32,000 nt of DNA from Candidatus Saccharimonadota bacterium (GCA_963677765.1 OY782392.1:750001-782000), one strand, 5' to 3'; positions 1 to 10,886 are shown, numbered from the stretch's first letter. Numbers and translations: made by a program. The notes: a model not told the origin generated them from the sequence alone.

Positions 1-432
1 TCAAATCTAGATATGATAGATTTAGCTTTTAAAAATTGAGCTAGTGACTATATAATCAAACCATTTAGATTTGAAGAATTAAAGCTTAGAGTTTTAAATT
101 GGTATAAAAATAGAAAATGTAGAGTTGATTATTATTCTAATTGAAATATTTATTACAATTGATTACTATATTATATTGATAATAATGATTTTTTATATTT
201 TTGAGAAAAGATTTTATTAACAAAAACTACTAAAAGGCTGTTATATATTTTCTTATATAATAAAGAGAAGTTAATTTCAAATGATTTTTTATTAGAAAAA
301 TTATATTGATATTGAATTTATGACAAAAATCTTAGGATTATAATTTTAAGACTGAAGAAAAGTTTATTATCATTTTGATTAGGAAACTCTATCGAAAATA
401 TAAGATGAGAATGATATATTTTTAAAATATAA
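1..432 (+). CDS. OmpR/PhoB-family response regulator, C-terminal part (5' end lies outside the window)
   Basis: Frame 1 is open from base 1 to TAA 430-432 with TGA=Gly. The receiver-domain end reads GASDYIIKPFRFEELKLRV. A winged-helix output follows: LTKTTKRLLYIFLYNKEKLISNDFLLEKLYGY...IENIRGEGYIFK. Confidence 0.75.
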
Positions 433-477
433 TAAAATATGATATAATATTTATATATTAAATAAAATTAATAAAAA

Positions 478-1029
478 ATGTTAGAAAAAGAAATAAAAAT
501 ATTAGATATAGATAAAAGGTCTGTGGAAGAAAAATTATTAAAACTAGGTGCAATTAAGACTTTTGACTGATTTATTCATGATATTTACTATGATTTTCCA
601 GATTGAGATAATATGAAAATGGAAGAAAATAAGAGGTTATTTAGAGTGAGAAAAAAATGAGAAGAACATCTATATACAATAAAAAGAAAAAGAAATAAAA
701 AAAGTGAAGGTTGAGAAAAATGAGTAAAAGTAGCAGATGAATGAGAAAATACTATAACTGATGTTGAAAGTTTCACAAAGGTTTTAGAAAAATATTGAAT
801 GACTAAAACAAGAGAAAAAATGAAGCATAGAACATCTTATAAATTATGAAATATAGAATTTGATATTGATGATTATGAATGAATTCCTACTCTTATAGAA
901 ATTGAGGCTCCAAGTTCTTCAGATATAAAAGAATATATATCATTATTAAATCTAGATAATCATATACAAAAGAAGTTTTGATCGAGAAAATTATATGAAT
1001 ATTATTGATTAGAATATAAATATTTATAA
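478..1029 (+). CDS. CYTH-domain protein (triphosphate tunnel metalloenzyme, CyaB/ThTPase-like), 183 aa
   Basis: ATG 478 to TAA 1027-1029. The N-terminal ExExK signature is present (MLEKEIKILDID). Later strands rich in alternating charged residues (FRVRKKGEEHLYTIKRK, IEFDIDDYEGIPTLIEIE) are typical of CYTH barrels. Confidence 0.7.
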
Positions 1030-1059
1030 AAAACAACTAATTAAAATAGTTGTTTTTTT
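1029..1059 (+). terminator. Intrinsic terminator after the CYTH gene
   Basis: Stem aaaaacaacta (1029-1039) pairs with tagttgttttt (1047-1057) and is followed by T residues. Confidence 0.6.
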
Positions 1060-1070
1060 ATTTATAAATA

Positions 1071-1097
1071 AAAAAGTATCTTATTAAGATACTTTTT
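1071..1097 (-). terminator. Intrinsic terminator of the VTC-like gene (perfect 12-bp stem)
   Basis: aaaaagtatctt (1071-1082) pairs with aagatacttttt (1086-1097) around a 3-nt loop. The stop codon of the minus-strand gene (1084-1086) sits at the loop. Confidence 0.6.
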
Positions 1098-1947
1098 TTG
1101 TTATTTCATTTGTTATATGTTTTGTTATATCATTTAGAGAACCTTTTCTTTTTTTATTAGATATTGTTTCCATTCTAATTTTTTTGATTTGTTCCATTGT
1201 TTCTTTAAATGTATCAAATTTTTCTGCTAATCATGAATAAACAACTCATAGAGAATATTTGCTACAACTTTTTGCCTTATCTATATTGTGTGTTTTCATT
1301 ATTTCACAAGCTTGACAGTCTTCTTTTAATGATTTACTTTCTATTATAACAAGATTTTTTAAATCAACTATCTTTGCTCATTTTTTTCTTAAGTCAGTTG
1401 CTTTTATATCAAAATCAATAGTTAATCTTTCTTCTCAGTTTTTACTAACCATTGTTATTCTTTTATAGTTTGTCTTTATAGAAGGAGATATTTCAGGTGC
1501 TTTTTCACCAGAATATACACTTTGCCATACTCAATCAAAGAACCTTTTTTTACCTCTAGTCATGAAACCATGTTCTTCAGAAGGAAATTGATATCTATAT
1601 TTACTTGTTATTCCATCGTTTTTTTGTTTATATTCAAAAAATGCTAAATTTGAATCTACATAATATCTTGTTCTAACTTTTGTTCTAGATTTTAATTTAT
1701 TTTGATGTTGATTATAAAATAGATAATCTTTTGTATCCATATATACATTATCATATTCAAAAACTTTTTTTCAGGCAATTTCTAATACTTGAAATTGATC
1801 TTTTAAATCACTAAGTATATCTGAAAATTGTTTTGAATTAAGTAGAAATTTTCTATCAATTCTTTTTAAAAAACTTGCTGTAGAATTTAATTCAGTTAAA
1901 GTTATTGGTTTAAAACTTTTTAGTTTATCGTTAAATTTAGGAGCCAT
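1084..1947 (-). CDS. VTC-domain protein (polyphosphate-polymerase-like TTM fold), 287 aa
   Basis: ATG at 1947, TAA at 1086-1084, and no in-frame TAA/TAG on checking. The sequence FKPITLTELNSTASFLKRIDRKFLL...VLEIAGKKVFEYDNVYMDTKDYLFYNQHQNKLKSRTKVRTRYY...FFEYKQK matches the bacterial VTC-domain pattern as I remember it. Confidence 0.65.
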
Positions 1948-1996
1948 ATTACTTCAGGGGGGTTAGTTTTTATTTTTGTTTTTGTATTACTTATTT

Positions 1997-2025
1997 ATTT
2001 TATCATATAAGATTTTTTAGGTCAA
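1997..2025 (-). promoter_or_regulatory. Candidate sigma70-type promoter for the VTC-like gene
   Basis: On the minus strand the pattern is TTGACC (2025-2020), a 17-nt spacer, then TAAAAT (2002-1997), about 45 nt upstream of ATG 1947. Confidence 0.35.
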
Positions 2026-2031
2026 AAAATT

Positions 2032-3351
2032 TTATATAAAATTTATTAAAATTATGTAAGTTAATCATGATATTATTCAAGCTATTGGTAGTGTAACTAT
2101 CCAAGATAGTATAATACCATTCATCATTCATTTTTTTATAACAACTTTATCTTTTCATTCAACATTTTTTTGATGCTGTCTATATAATCATATTCAAAAT
2201 ATTGCTCATAAGGCTATTTGAGTAGAGGAAACAGGTAGTCATAATTGAGAAGCAACCAATACTGTAGCAGCTGCAGATAATGCTACACAAAATGCTCTTA
2301 TTTGATCTAATTTAGTTATTTCACTTCATACAGTTTTTATAAGTCTTGCTCCAAAAGTAGCTAATCATATTGATAAACCTAATGCTCAAAATAGCATTAT
2401 CCAGAAAGGAACTCAAGCTGAATTTACTAATTCTATTCATCCATTTTTAATTGTTTCATTTATTGCTGCAAGTGGTCATATAGCATTAGCTACATCATTT
2501 GAACCATGTGCAAAACTTAATAATGCTACTGCAAATATCAGTGGAATATTAAAAAGTTTATTAATAAATTTTTTCTTATCTTTGAAAAACCATTCATTGT
2601 GTCTTTTATATAGAATTACTAATATCATATATGTTACAACTCATATAATTATTCATATAAAAGTTGATGTTGTAGGGTTTATAACTCAAGCTAGTAATTC
2701 ATTAGATTTTAATAAAGGTTTTAAACCTTTCATCATAAGATATATTGAAAATATAGTCATCATTAATGCTACATAAACAGGTACCCAATGTTTAGCCGCT
2801 TCTCATCTATTTTTTCTATCTAATATTGTTTTTCTAACAGAGATATATAGTAAAACTGATATTACTCATCATATTATTAATGATATTATCCAGCTTGCAA
2901 CTATTTCTCATATTTTATCCCAATATACAATTGATACTCATTCAGCTACCAATCATGCTCATATTAAACCTCATATAATTGAGTTTGTTGTAGATATAGG
3001 GGCTCTAAAAAAAGTTGCAATATTTAACCATAATGCTGCTCCTAACAATGTCGAAAGCATTATAAATATAAATTCTCTAGAGTCATTTATCATGCTTTGA
3101 TCTATTATTCATCATTTGATAGTATCTACTACATCTCATCAAGCTATTAATGCTCATCAAGCTTCAAAAATAGCAGCTATAAAAATTGCGGCTCATAGTG
3201 TTATTGCTTTTGATCAAACGGCAGGTCACATATTGTTTGCTACATCATTTGCTCATAAGTTCATTGCCATATATATAGCAAAAACAGTAGCTATTAATAA
3301 GTATAAATTATTATTTCATCATTGAAAAAAATATACATATGAAACTCACAT
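2032..3351 (-). CDS. pit: PiT-family inorganic phosphate transporter, 439 aa
   Basis: ATG 3351, TAA 2034-2032, frame checked open. Both PHO4 signatures are present (NLGANDVANNMGPAVGSKAIT and FAHGSNDVANAIGPLAA), with many TGA-encoded Gly in transmembrane segments. Confidence 0.9.
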
Positions 3352-3483
3352 TATTATGGAAAATCATAGGAATAAATATTTTAATGAATGAATATATTCA
3401 TCTTTTACATTAATAGTAATTTTCATTTTTTTCTTATTATTTTTAAATTTCTATTAAATATTACCATTTTAAAAAATAAAACA

Positions 3484-3520
3484 CAAAAAAATATCTAGAC
3501 TAAAGTAAAAATAGTCTAGA
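3484..3520 (-). terminator. Intrinsic terminator of murG
   Basis: tctagacta (3494-3502) pairs with tagtctaga (3512-3520). On the minus strand a T-run follows (plus-strand A-run 3485-3490). Confidence 0.65.
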
Positions 3521-3531
3521 CATTTATTGAT

Positions 3532-4596
3532 TTATTTATTTAATTCATTTTTTATTATATCTGTTGCTTTGTAGAAATTATCTAAATTTAATCAAGCTTT
3601 TCTTAAAGTTTTATATTTATTTAATTTTTCATAAATATTTTTTGTTAATTCTTCATTTTGGTCTAATAAATCACTTCAGTATTTTTGTCTAAAGTACATA
3701 GCATTATAATATTGATGATCTCAAGCACTTCATTCTAAAGGTATTATTATAGAATGTATTCAAAAAACATTTAATTCCCATAGGGAAGTAGCTCATCACC
3801 TAGTTATTGCAATATCAGTTTGTTTTAGAATAAGTCACAAGTCCTTTTGATTTATAAAATCATATGTTCTTACATTAGGAAATTTTCTAAAGCTATCTTT
3901 GAAATGAAGATTTTTCTCTCATAGTATTATTTTGAATTCAATATCTTTTATATTAGGTAGTATATCTAGTAATGATTCAAATATTATTGTAGATCATTGA
4001 GATCATCAAGTTACTAAAACATTTAATCTTCAGTTTTCAGATATTTCAAAATCTTTTATATTTTCAAGTAAATCTTTATTTAGTATTTGTCATGAGCAAA
4101 TATTTTTTTCTGGTTTATCTAATGTTTCAGCATTTGGAAAAGAATAAAAAACTTTTGTAGCTATTTTTCATATTATTTTATTTGCTAATCATTGTACTAT
4201 ATCAGATTCATGTATATATATTTTTTTTCTTAGTAAAAATGCAGCTATACAAAGTGGTAAACTAACAAATCATCATTTACTAAATACTATATCAACTTTA
4301 TATCTCAATATAAAATATATTCAGAAAAATATTCATGTTAAATTTTTTAATGGTTCATAAAAATTTCTTAAATCAAAATATCTTCTTATTTTTCAAGATG
4401 GTATATCTAAAAAATCTATATTATTTTCTAATGCTATATCATATTCTAATCATTCTTCTTGTCATGCCCAAAAAAACTTATATTTATTATCATCTTTTAA
4501 GCTATTATATATTGATAATAAAGGGAATATATGACCTCAAGTTCCTCATCAAGTTAATGCTATTACTTTTTTATCTTTTGTTTTTAAATTTGTCAT
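3532..4596 (-). CDS. murG: MurG, undecaprenyl-PP-MurNAc-pentapeptide N-acetylglucosamine transferase, 354 aa
   Basis: ATG 4596, TAA 3534-3532, frame checked open. Motifs seen: LTGGGTGGHIFP, VTGGSQGS, ITRGGATSLWE, DHQYYNA. Confidence 0.9.
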
Positions 4597-4664
4597 CTAA
4601 TGAATTTAAATTTTAATTATTTTTAATATTATTTTTTTTTATTGAAAAGTAAAGAAATGAATAT

Positions 4665-4692
4665 TTGACAATTTAATTTTTATTTTTATAGT
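4665..4692 (+). promoter_or_regulatory. Candidate promoter of the AAA+ ATPase gene
   Basis: TTGACA (4665-4670), a 16-nt spacer, then TATAGT (4687-4692), 32 nt upstream of ATG 4725. Confidence 0.4.
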
Positions 4693-4724
4693 TTAATTAA
4701 ATTTATAAAAATATATAATATATC

Positions 4725-6629
4725 ATGAGATTAGAAAGATATAAACAAATTAAAAAAATCTGATTGAATAGAAATGATTTAAAGTTTCAATTATCTGAAA
4801 TTAATGAATCAATTATTGAAGAAATTGGTAATGATATTATAAAAGAGTATCTAACAAAAAAGATAGTAGATTGAAGATTGAGAATGGATCAACTAGATGA
4901 TATAAAATTCAAAATGCTAAAACTAGAATGATTGGATTATCAAAGAGATATTTCTATATATAATTTATTGTATTCAATTTTATTGAATAATATATTGTTA
5001 CCTGATTATTCTAATTCTTGGAACAAAGAAGATATTTTTTCTGAGTTTGATAATATATTAGAAAGAGTTAATTCTAGAACTTCAAGAATTCTTGAATCTA
5101 TGAATAATAGAGGTTTTTTCAATATAAGTGTATGAAATCATGAAGAAATAGAAAATGAAATTGAATGATTTAATAATAATTGATGATATATTCAATATAG
5201 AAATTTTTCTCTTAATTGAGCTTTTTGATTTGTACATATATGAGAAAATACAGAGAATGATTGAAAATATACTTTTAGAATACCTATTAGAATTCCTGGT
5301 TGAATAAAGCAAAAGGCATGAGAAAAATCAACTTTAGATAATAATGTTGATATAGAATTGATTGAAAGTATTTTATCTAAATATTTTAATTGAAAAAATT
5401 GAACTAGAAATATTGCAAAATCTTCAAAAGATTTTAAGTGATTAGAGGATTATTATATATCTATAAAAAGATCTTTAAATAAAGATTTTTCATATTGATC
5501 TGATGATTCTTCTACTTATTTTGTTATTGATATATTAAATAAAAAACTAAAAAATATAAGTGATCCTATATATGAAACGAAAGATATTATAAATTTTTTA
5601 GAATGATTTTTTAAGATAGCTAATGTTTTAATAAATGATATAGCAAATAAATCTTGAATACATCATAAGAAAAAATATTTAAATTTTTCTACTATGTATG
5701 TTTACAATGAAGAAAAATCTAATTGAAATGATTTAACTTTAGATAAATCTACTTTAGATAAATTTTCTAAATTACTAGTTGAAATGAAGAGGCAGGTATT
5801 ATTAGATGATATCTGATGACAAGAAGAAGCAAAAGAAGAAATTTCAAAAATAATCAAATCTATACAACATGAAGAGATAATGAGGTCATGGTGAGCAAAA
5901 ACTACTACTTGAATTATATTTGAATGACCTCCTTGAACTTGAAAAACTTTATTAGCACAAGCTATTGCTACAGAAGTAAATGCACAAGTTTATAATATAA
6001 AACTTACAGATATAGCTTCTAGTGCTTATATAAATGAATGATCTAATAATTTAAAAGAACTTTTTAAATTTTTGAGATATCAAGCATCTAAAACAAATAA
6101 AAAAATAATTGTTATACTAGATGAGCTTGATGCATTATTTAAAAAAAGGGATTCTGATAAAAATTCTTGAGAAGATACAAAGATTGTTAATACATTTTTA
6201 ACAGAAATGTCATGATTTGATGATATAGATAATATAATATTTATATGAACAACTAATCATGTTGACGAGTTAGATAGTGCTGTTATTAGGTCTTGAAGAA
6301 TGTCAACAAAAGTAAAAGTTTGAATGCCGGATTTTAATTCTAGAAAGCAAATATTTGATATACATATTAATAAATCAAAATCTAAATCTAAAAAATCTGA
6401 AGAAGCTTTTAATTGATTAGATATAGATGAACTATCAAAAAAATCAGACTGACTTTCTTGAGCAGATATAGAAGAAGTTATAAGACAAGTTATAGAAAAA
6501 AAAGCTTTAGAAGAGGTTGATAAATGAGAATTTTCTAAAATTAAACAAGAAGATATTTTATTTTTTATAAAAAAGATAAAGTCCGAATCAAAATCTAATA
6601 AATTACCTACTATTGGTTTTATTCAATAA
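4725..6629 (+). CDS. Classic-clade AAA+ ATPase with an uncharacterised N-terminal region of about 390 aa, 634 aa
   Basis: ATG 4725 to TAA 6627-6629. Walker A is IIFEGPPGTGKTLLA, Walker B is IIVILDELD, and the second region of homology is IGTTNHVDELDSAVIRSGRMSTKVKVGMPD. There is no transmembrane segment and no HEXXH protease domain. Confidence 0.85.
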
Positions 6630-6662
6630 AAAAGAAGACTAAAATTAAAGTCTTCTTTTTTT
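6630..6662. terminator. Bidirectional intrinsic terminator between the convergent AAA+ and PAP2 genes
   Basis: aagaagact (6632-6640) pairs with agtcttctt (6649-6657). An A-run lies on one side and a T-run on the other. Confidence 0.65.
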
Positions 6663-6663
6663 A

Positions 6664-7251
6664 TTATAATTTTATATATCACATTATTTTTATAATAAAT
6701 AAATTAAGTTTATTTATTAATTTACATTTTATTAAAACTTTGAAGCTTATAAAAGCTGATATTGTTCATACAATAATTCAAACTATTATATCTAGTGGCC
6801 AATGAACTCAGACAACTATTCTAGATATATTCATTAATATAGCTGGAATTAGAAAAAATAGAGCTGTTTTATTATGTTTTGCTAAAAAAAGTGATACTAA
6901 AAATGCAATACTAACTGTAGCATGATCAGAAGGGAAACTAGCATCAGGTATATGGTCTAAAACTAATTTTCAAACTCATTCTAATACAGTTTCTGGTCTA
7001 TCAACTGAAACAAATGCTTTTATAATGTAACTTATAATTATTCATATAACTGCAGAATAAAATATAAATAAAAGATTTTGTTTTTTTTCTATATTTTTTT
7101 CTTTATAAGTATAATATAACCACATAGTAACTAAAAATAAAGGAAGGAAGAAAATAGGAGCATCAGCAAAAATTACAGCTAATTTTTCTACTATGTTATT
7201 TTCCATAAACGAATTTAAAAATATTAATAAATTTTGGTTTATTTCTTGCAT
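6664..7251 (-). CDS. PAP2-superfamily phosphatase (undecaprenyl-diphosphatase-like), 195 aa
   Basis: ATG 7251 (an in-frame TTG lies at 7254), TAA 6666-6664, frame checked open. The protein is membrane-embedded and carries the PAP2 motifs FPSDHA and SRIVVGVHWPLD. Confidence 0.8.
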
Positions 7252-7386
7252 CAATTAATTATTATAAAATATAAATTTTATTTATATTAATTAATAAAAT
7301 TAAAATACAAAAAAATTTTTATTTTTATTGAATTTCGTTTATAATAAAAATCTAGTTTTATTTAAAAATTTAATTATATAAATAAT

Positions 7387-8673
7387 ATGACACAATTTTC
7401 TCCAGTTAATTGAACTTTTGATATTTTTCCTGATTCACATAGATATTTAACTTTTTTAAAAAAAGTATATCGTCATGAATTTAGAAAAAATGGTTTTAGA
7501 AGAATTTCAACTTCTATTTTAGAAAAAAAAGATCTTATTAAAAAATCTTGATTTTTAAATGACTGTATAATAAATGGAGAAGATTTTGATTTGAATCAAA
7601 CACCATCATTATGAATATTTAGAGCTTATCTAAATAATGAGGTATATAATGAAATTCAACCAGTTTATTATTATTATATGCAACAAATTCATAAAAAACA
7701 AAATGATTGAAATATTAAATCTATAGAAACTATTTGAGCTGATATAATAGGTGAAAATGATCCAATTTTAGATGCTATACAAATATATTTAAATTATACT
7801 GTTCTAAAAAAAATTTGATTAGATTGAAAATTTGAGATAAAAGTTAACTCTATTTGAGTTGAAAAAGAAAAAATTAAATATAGAGAAGAGTTAGTTACAT
7901 TTTATGATAATAAAAGACATTTATTAACTCAAGAATCTCAAGATTTAATAGATATTGATCCTATGATGATTTTGAATTCTCAAGAAGAAGATGAAAAAAT
8001 ATTAAATGAAAGTGTTCCTCCAATGTCTCCTAAGTTTTTAAAAAAAGATAGTAAGGCTCATTATATAAAATTTAAAGAATATTTAGATTTACTTGAAATT
8101 CCTTATGTTGAAGATAAAACTTTAGTATGAGACTCATTAGTACAAACTAATACTGTATGGCAAATAAATAATTTAGATTGAGAAATTATAACAAAATGAT
8201 ATAGATATAATTCTATAGCTAAAAATCTATGAGAATCAAAAGAAGTACCAGCAGCAGGTTTTTATACTGATACTATGCTTTTGATAAAAATGTTAATGGA
8301 TGAATGAATAAAAATAAAAAATAAAGATAAAATAGATTTATTTTTTGTTCAATTATGAGATGAAGCTAAATCAGTTGTTTTACCATTATCTATAAAAGCA
8401 AGAGAAGCATGAATAAATACTGTTGTTTCTCTGTGAACTCCTTCTATGAAAGAGCAAATATTAAAAGCTCAAAGGTCAAATGCTAGATATATTGTTATGG
8501 TTGGTATAATGGAAGCTAGAAATGGTATTTTTCAAGTTAGAAATGAAGTTGAATGAACTCAAGCTGAAGTTAAAAAAGAAGAACTAATAGATTATATTAT
8601 ATCAAAGATATGAGAAGAAAATTTAGATTTTTACTCTCCTGAAAGAGATTTAATAATAAAAAAAGAAGACTAA
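7387..8673 (+). CDS. hisS: Histidyl-tRNA synthetase-like protein (class II core plus HGTP anticodon-binding domain), 428 aa, with catalytic motifs divergent
   Basis: ATG 7387 to TAA 8671-8673, frame checked open. Seen: N-terminal NGTFDIFP, KVNSIG, PAAGF, and a C-terminal anticodon-binding-like IDLFFVQLGDEA...ARYIVMVGIMEARNGIFQVRN. See the finding on missing motifs. Confidence 0.7.
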
Positions 8674-8690
8674 TTTAGTCTTCTTTTTTA
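8659..8690. terminator. Bidirectional terminator shared by hisS-like (+) and the Cys-rich exoprotein gene (-)
   Basis: aagaagacta (8663-8672) pairs with tagtcttctt (8676-8685). The hisS stop lies inside the stem-loop, and the opposing stop is at 8688-8690. Confidence 0.6.
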
Positions 8691-10886
8691 TTCTATTATT
8701 GTAATTACGTTTCATTTTATTGAGTTTCAAGTTTTTCAATCCATCCAGCTTCATTGAATTTTTATTCATGGAGCAAATAATATTGGATCATGTCTTAGAT
8801 AATTTTCCCAAGTTCAATTGCTTGAATTATATGTCCATCATTTAAGATTTTTCATATATTTATATTTTGATTTATCATCACAATAATTAGGGTTAATTGC
8901 TGTAGGCACATAAGGATGTGCTATAACATTTTGACAAGATTTAGCATTTTCATAATCAAGTCAATAAATTGTATATTTAATAAAATCTCATGATTTTGTT
9001 ACACTTAATGTATTTTTTGATTGATTTGCTTTTATTTCATTTTCTTGTTTTCAAGAGTAAGTTCTATCATTACAATTAACAACTCATCATTTTACCCAAG
9101 AGTAATTTTGTTTTATTACACATCATCATACTATCCATGGATTTTTTCATTCATAATCTCTAGAAAAACTATAAATTGCTGGATTTCACTTTTCTCAGTT
9201 ATAAGGTCACCATGAACCTTCATAATAAGTTGGTCATGTCCATTTAGGTATAGTCATAGTTTTTGAATACATAGATACAATATCTGATGCTCATCTAGAT
9301 CACATTGCCATTCTTATTATATCTAATCTAATTTTATTAGTAGTTTCTTCTCAGTATGTTTTTTCTAGTTCTGTCCAGTCTATTCATGAATTATAATGTA
9401 CTCAAGGAGTATTTATTAAGTAATAAACTGCTTGTTCTACTGTTTTAGCTTTATATCTAGTATAGAAACAATTATTTGGATTTGAAAATTCTCATGTTGA
9501 ATCAATTGTATACCATGGTCAATATATTTTTTCTCAATTTTGGTTTTTAATAACTATTCTATAGCTACCAGGTACTGTTAATGGATTATCTTGTAATCTA
9601 GTATAGTTTTGCCAATATCATCTAGAATTTTCCCATCAACTTAAACTTGTTATGCTTTTAAAATCTGAATCACTACAAGTAAAATTGTCATTTTTTCTAT
9701 TAGGATTATCTATTTTAAACTCTTTACATACTTTTATGTTTTCACTATTTGTCCAAATTTGATTTGTTAAGCTTGCTCAGGCTGAAGAACAATTGTTCAT
9801 TGAACTTCAATAGTAATCTATTTTTATATCTGTTTCTTTTCTTTCACAGCTATATAGATAATCTCAATATATACAACTAGATCATATATTTGAACATGAA
9901 TCTCATTCTTTATATGTTTTTCAACAATTTGGTGGAGCAGGTGAAAAACTTACTCATCAACTATACTTTATTGACCATATTCAAGTGTTATTATTTTGAT
10001 TATTATCATTATCAATTTTATTTTCACAAGTAGTTTTAGATGTATATATTTCTTGAGGAACAGGTGGAGCTGGGCTAAATTGAGGTTCAGAAAAGTCAAA
10101 TCTTCAGTTATTACAATAAAGTTTTTCTATACTACAAGAATTATTATCTGGAGTATATAAATTAATACTAGTTCAACTTTCTATTGTTTTCTTGTCACTA
10201 GTTATACATTGATTATTGTTTATTGATATTTCACTTTGATTACTATCTTCACTATCTTTACATTCTTGAAGAGTATCATAAAGTTTTATATTTGAGTCTG
10301 GTTTAGGTGGAGCTGGGCTAAATTGTGGTCACCAATATAGTTTTCATCAATCACAATTAAAATTTGCCCATACACAAGCCGTTCATGTTTTATAATATTT
10401 TGTTTTTGATTTATCACATGAACCATAATTTGAATTGTTTATTTCATTTTCTGTTCATGAACTATTATTATCTCATTCTTCAAATTCAAGAGTTATTTCT
10501 TGTTTTATATTATTTTCTTCATCACAGTTTCATGATAACTTACATAAGAATTCTTCTAAATTTTCATCGCTAGTTGAGCTAATTTTTAATTCAGATATTT
10601 CAAAATATAGGTATCATATAAGATTTTTTAATTTTGAATTATTTTCATATTTTTTTTCAATTCTATTTAATTGTACTAATAAGTTTTCAATCATAGAATT
10701 ATATTTATCTTCACTCATATTAGATTTTTTTTGTTCAATATTATAAACAAAAGAATCAACATTATTTTTTATGGAAGAGCTTACATTATTTTCATATGGA
10801 TTTGTATTAGCATATGAAATATTTAAAAATATAAAAAATATAAAAATTATATTAAAAATATTTTTTAAAAATCACCTAATTATCAT
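8688..10886 (-). CDS. Secreted Cys-rich protein of unknown function, 732 aa
   Basis: ATG 10886 and TAA 8690-8688. All 733 codons were checked and none is TAA or TAG, and the frame is closed 4 codons upstream of the ATG. A signal-peptide-like N-terminus (MIIRGFLKNIFNIIFIFFIFLNISYA) is present, with about two dozen Cys and three PQFSPAPP-type modules. Confidence 0.75.
10062..10082 (-). repeat. GC-rich 21-mer aggtggagctgggctaaattg, copy A (encodes QFSPAPP on the minus strand)
   Basis: This sequence is identical to 10305-10325. It stands out against the AT-rich background. Confidence 0.9.
10305..10325 (-). repeat. GC-rich 21-mer aggtggagctgggctaaattg, copy B
   Basis: This sequence is identical to 10062-10082. 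A degenerate third copy, ggtggagcaggtgaaaaact, lies at 9931-9950. Confidence 0.9.

Noticed and set aside
4725-6629. Calling the AAA+ protein FtsH
   Set aside because: It has no N-terminal transmembrane helices and no C-terminal M41 HEXXH protease domain. Only the AAA module is shared.
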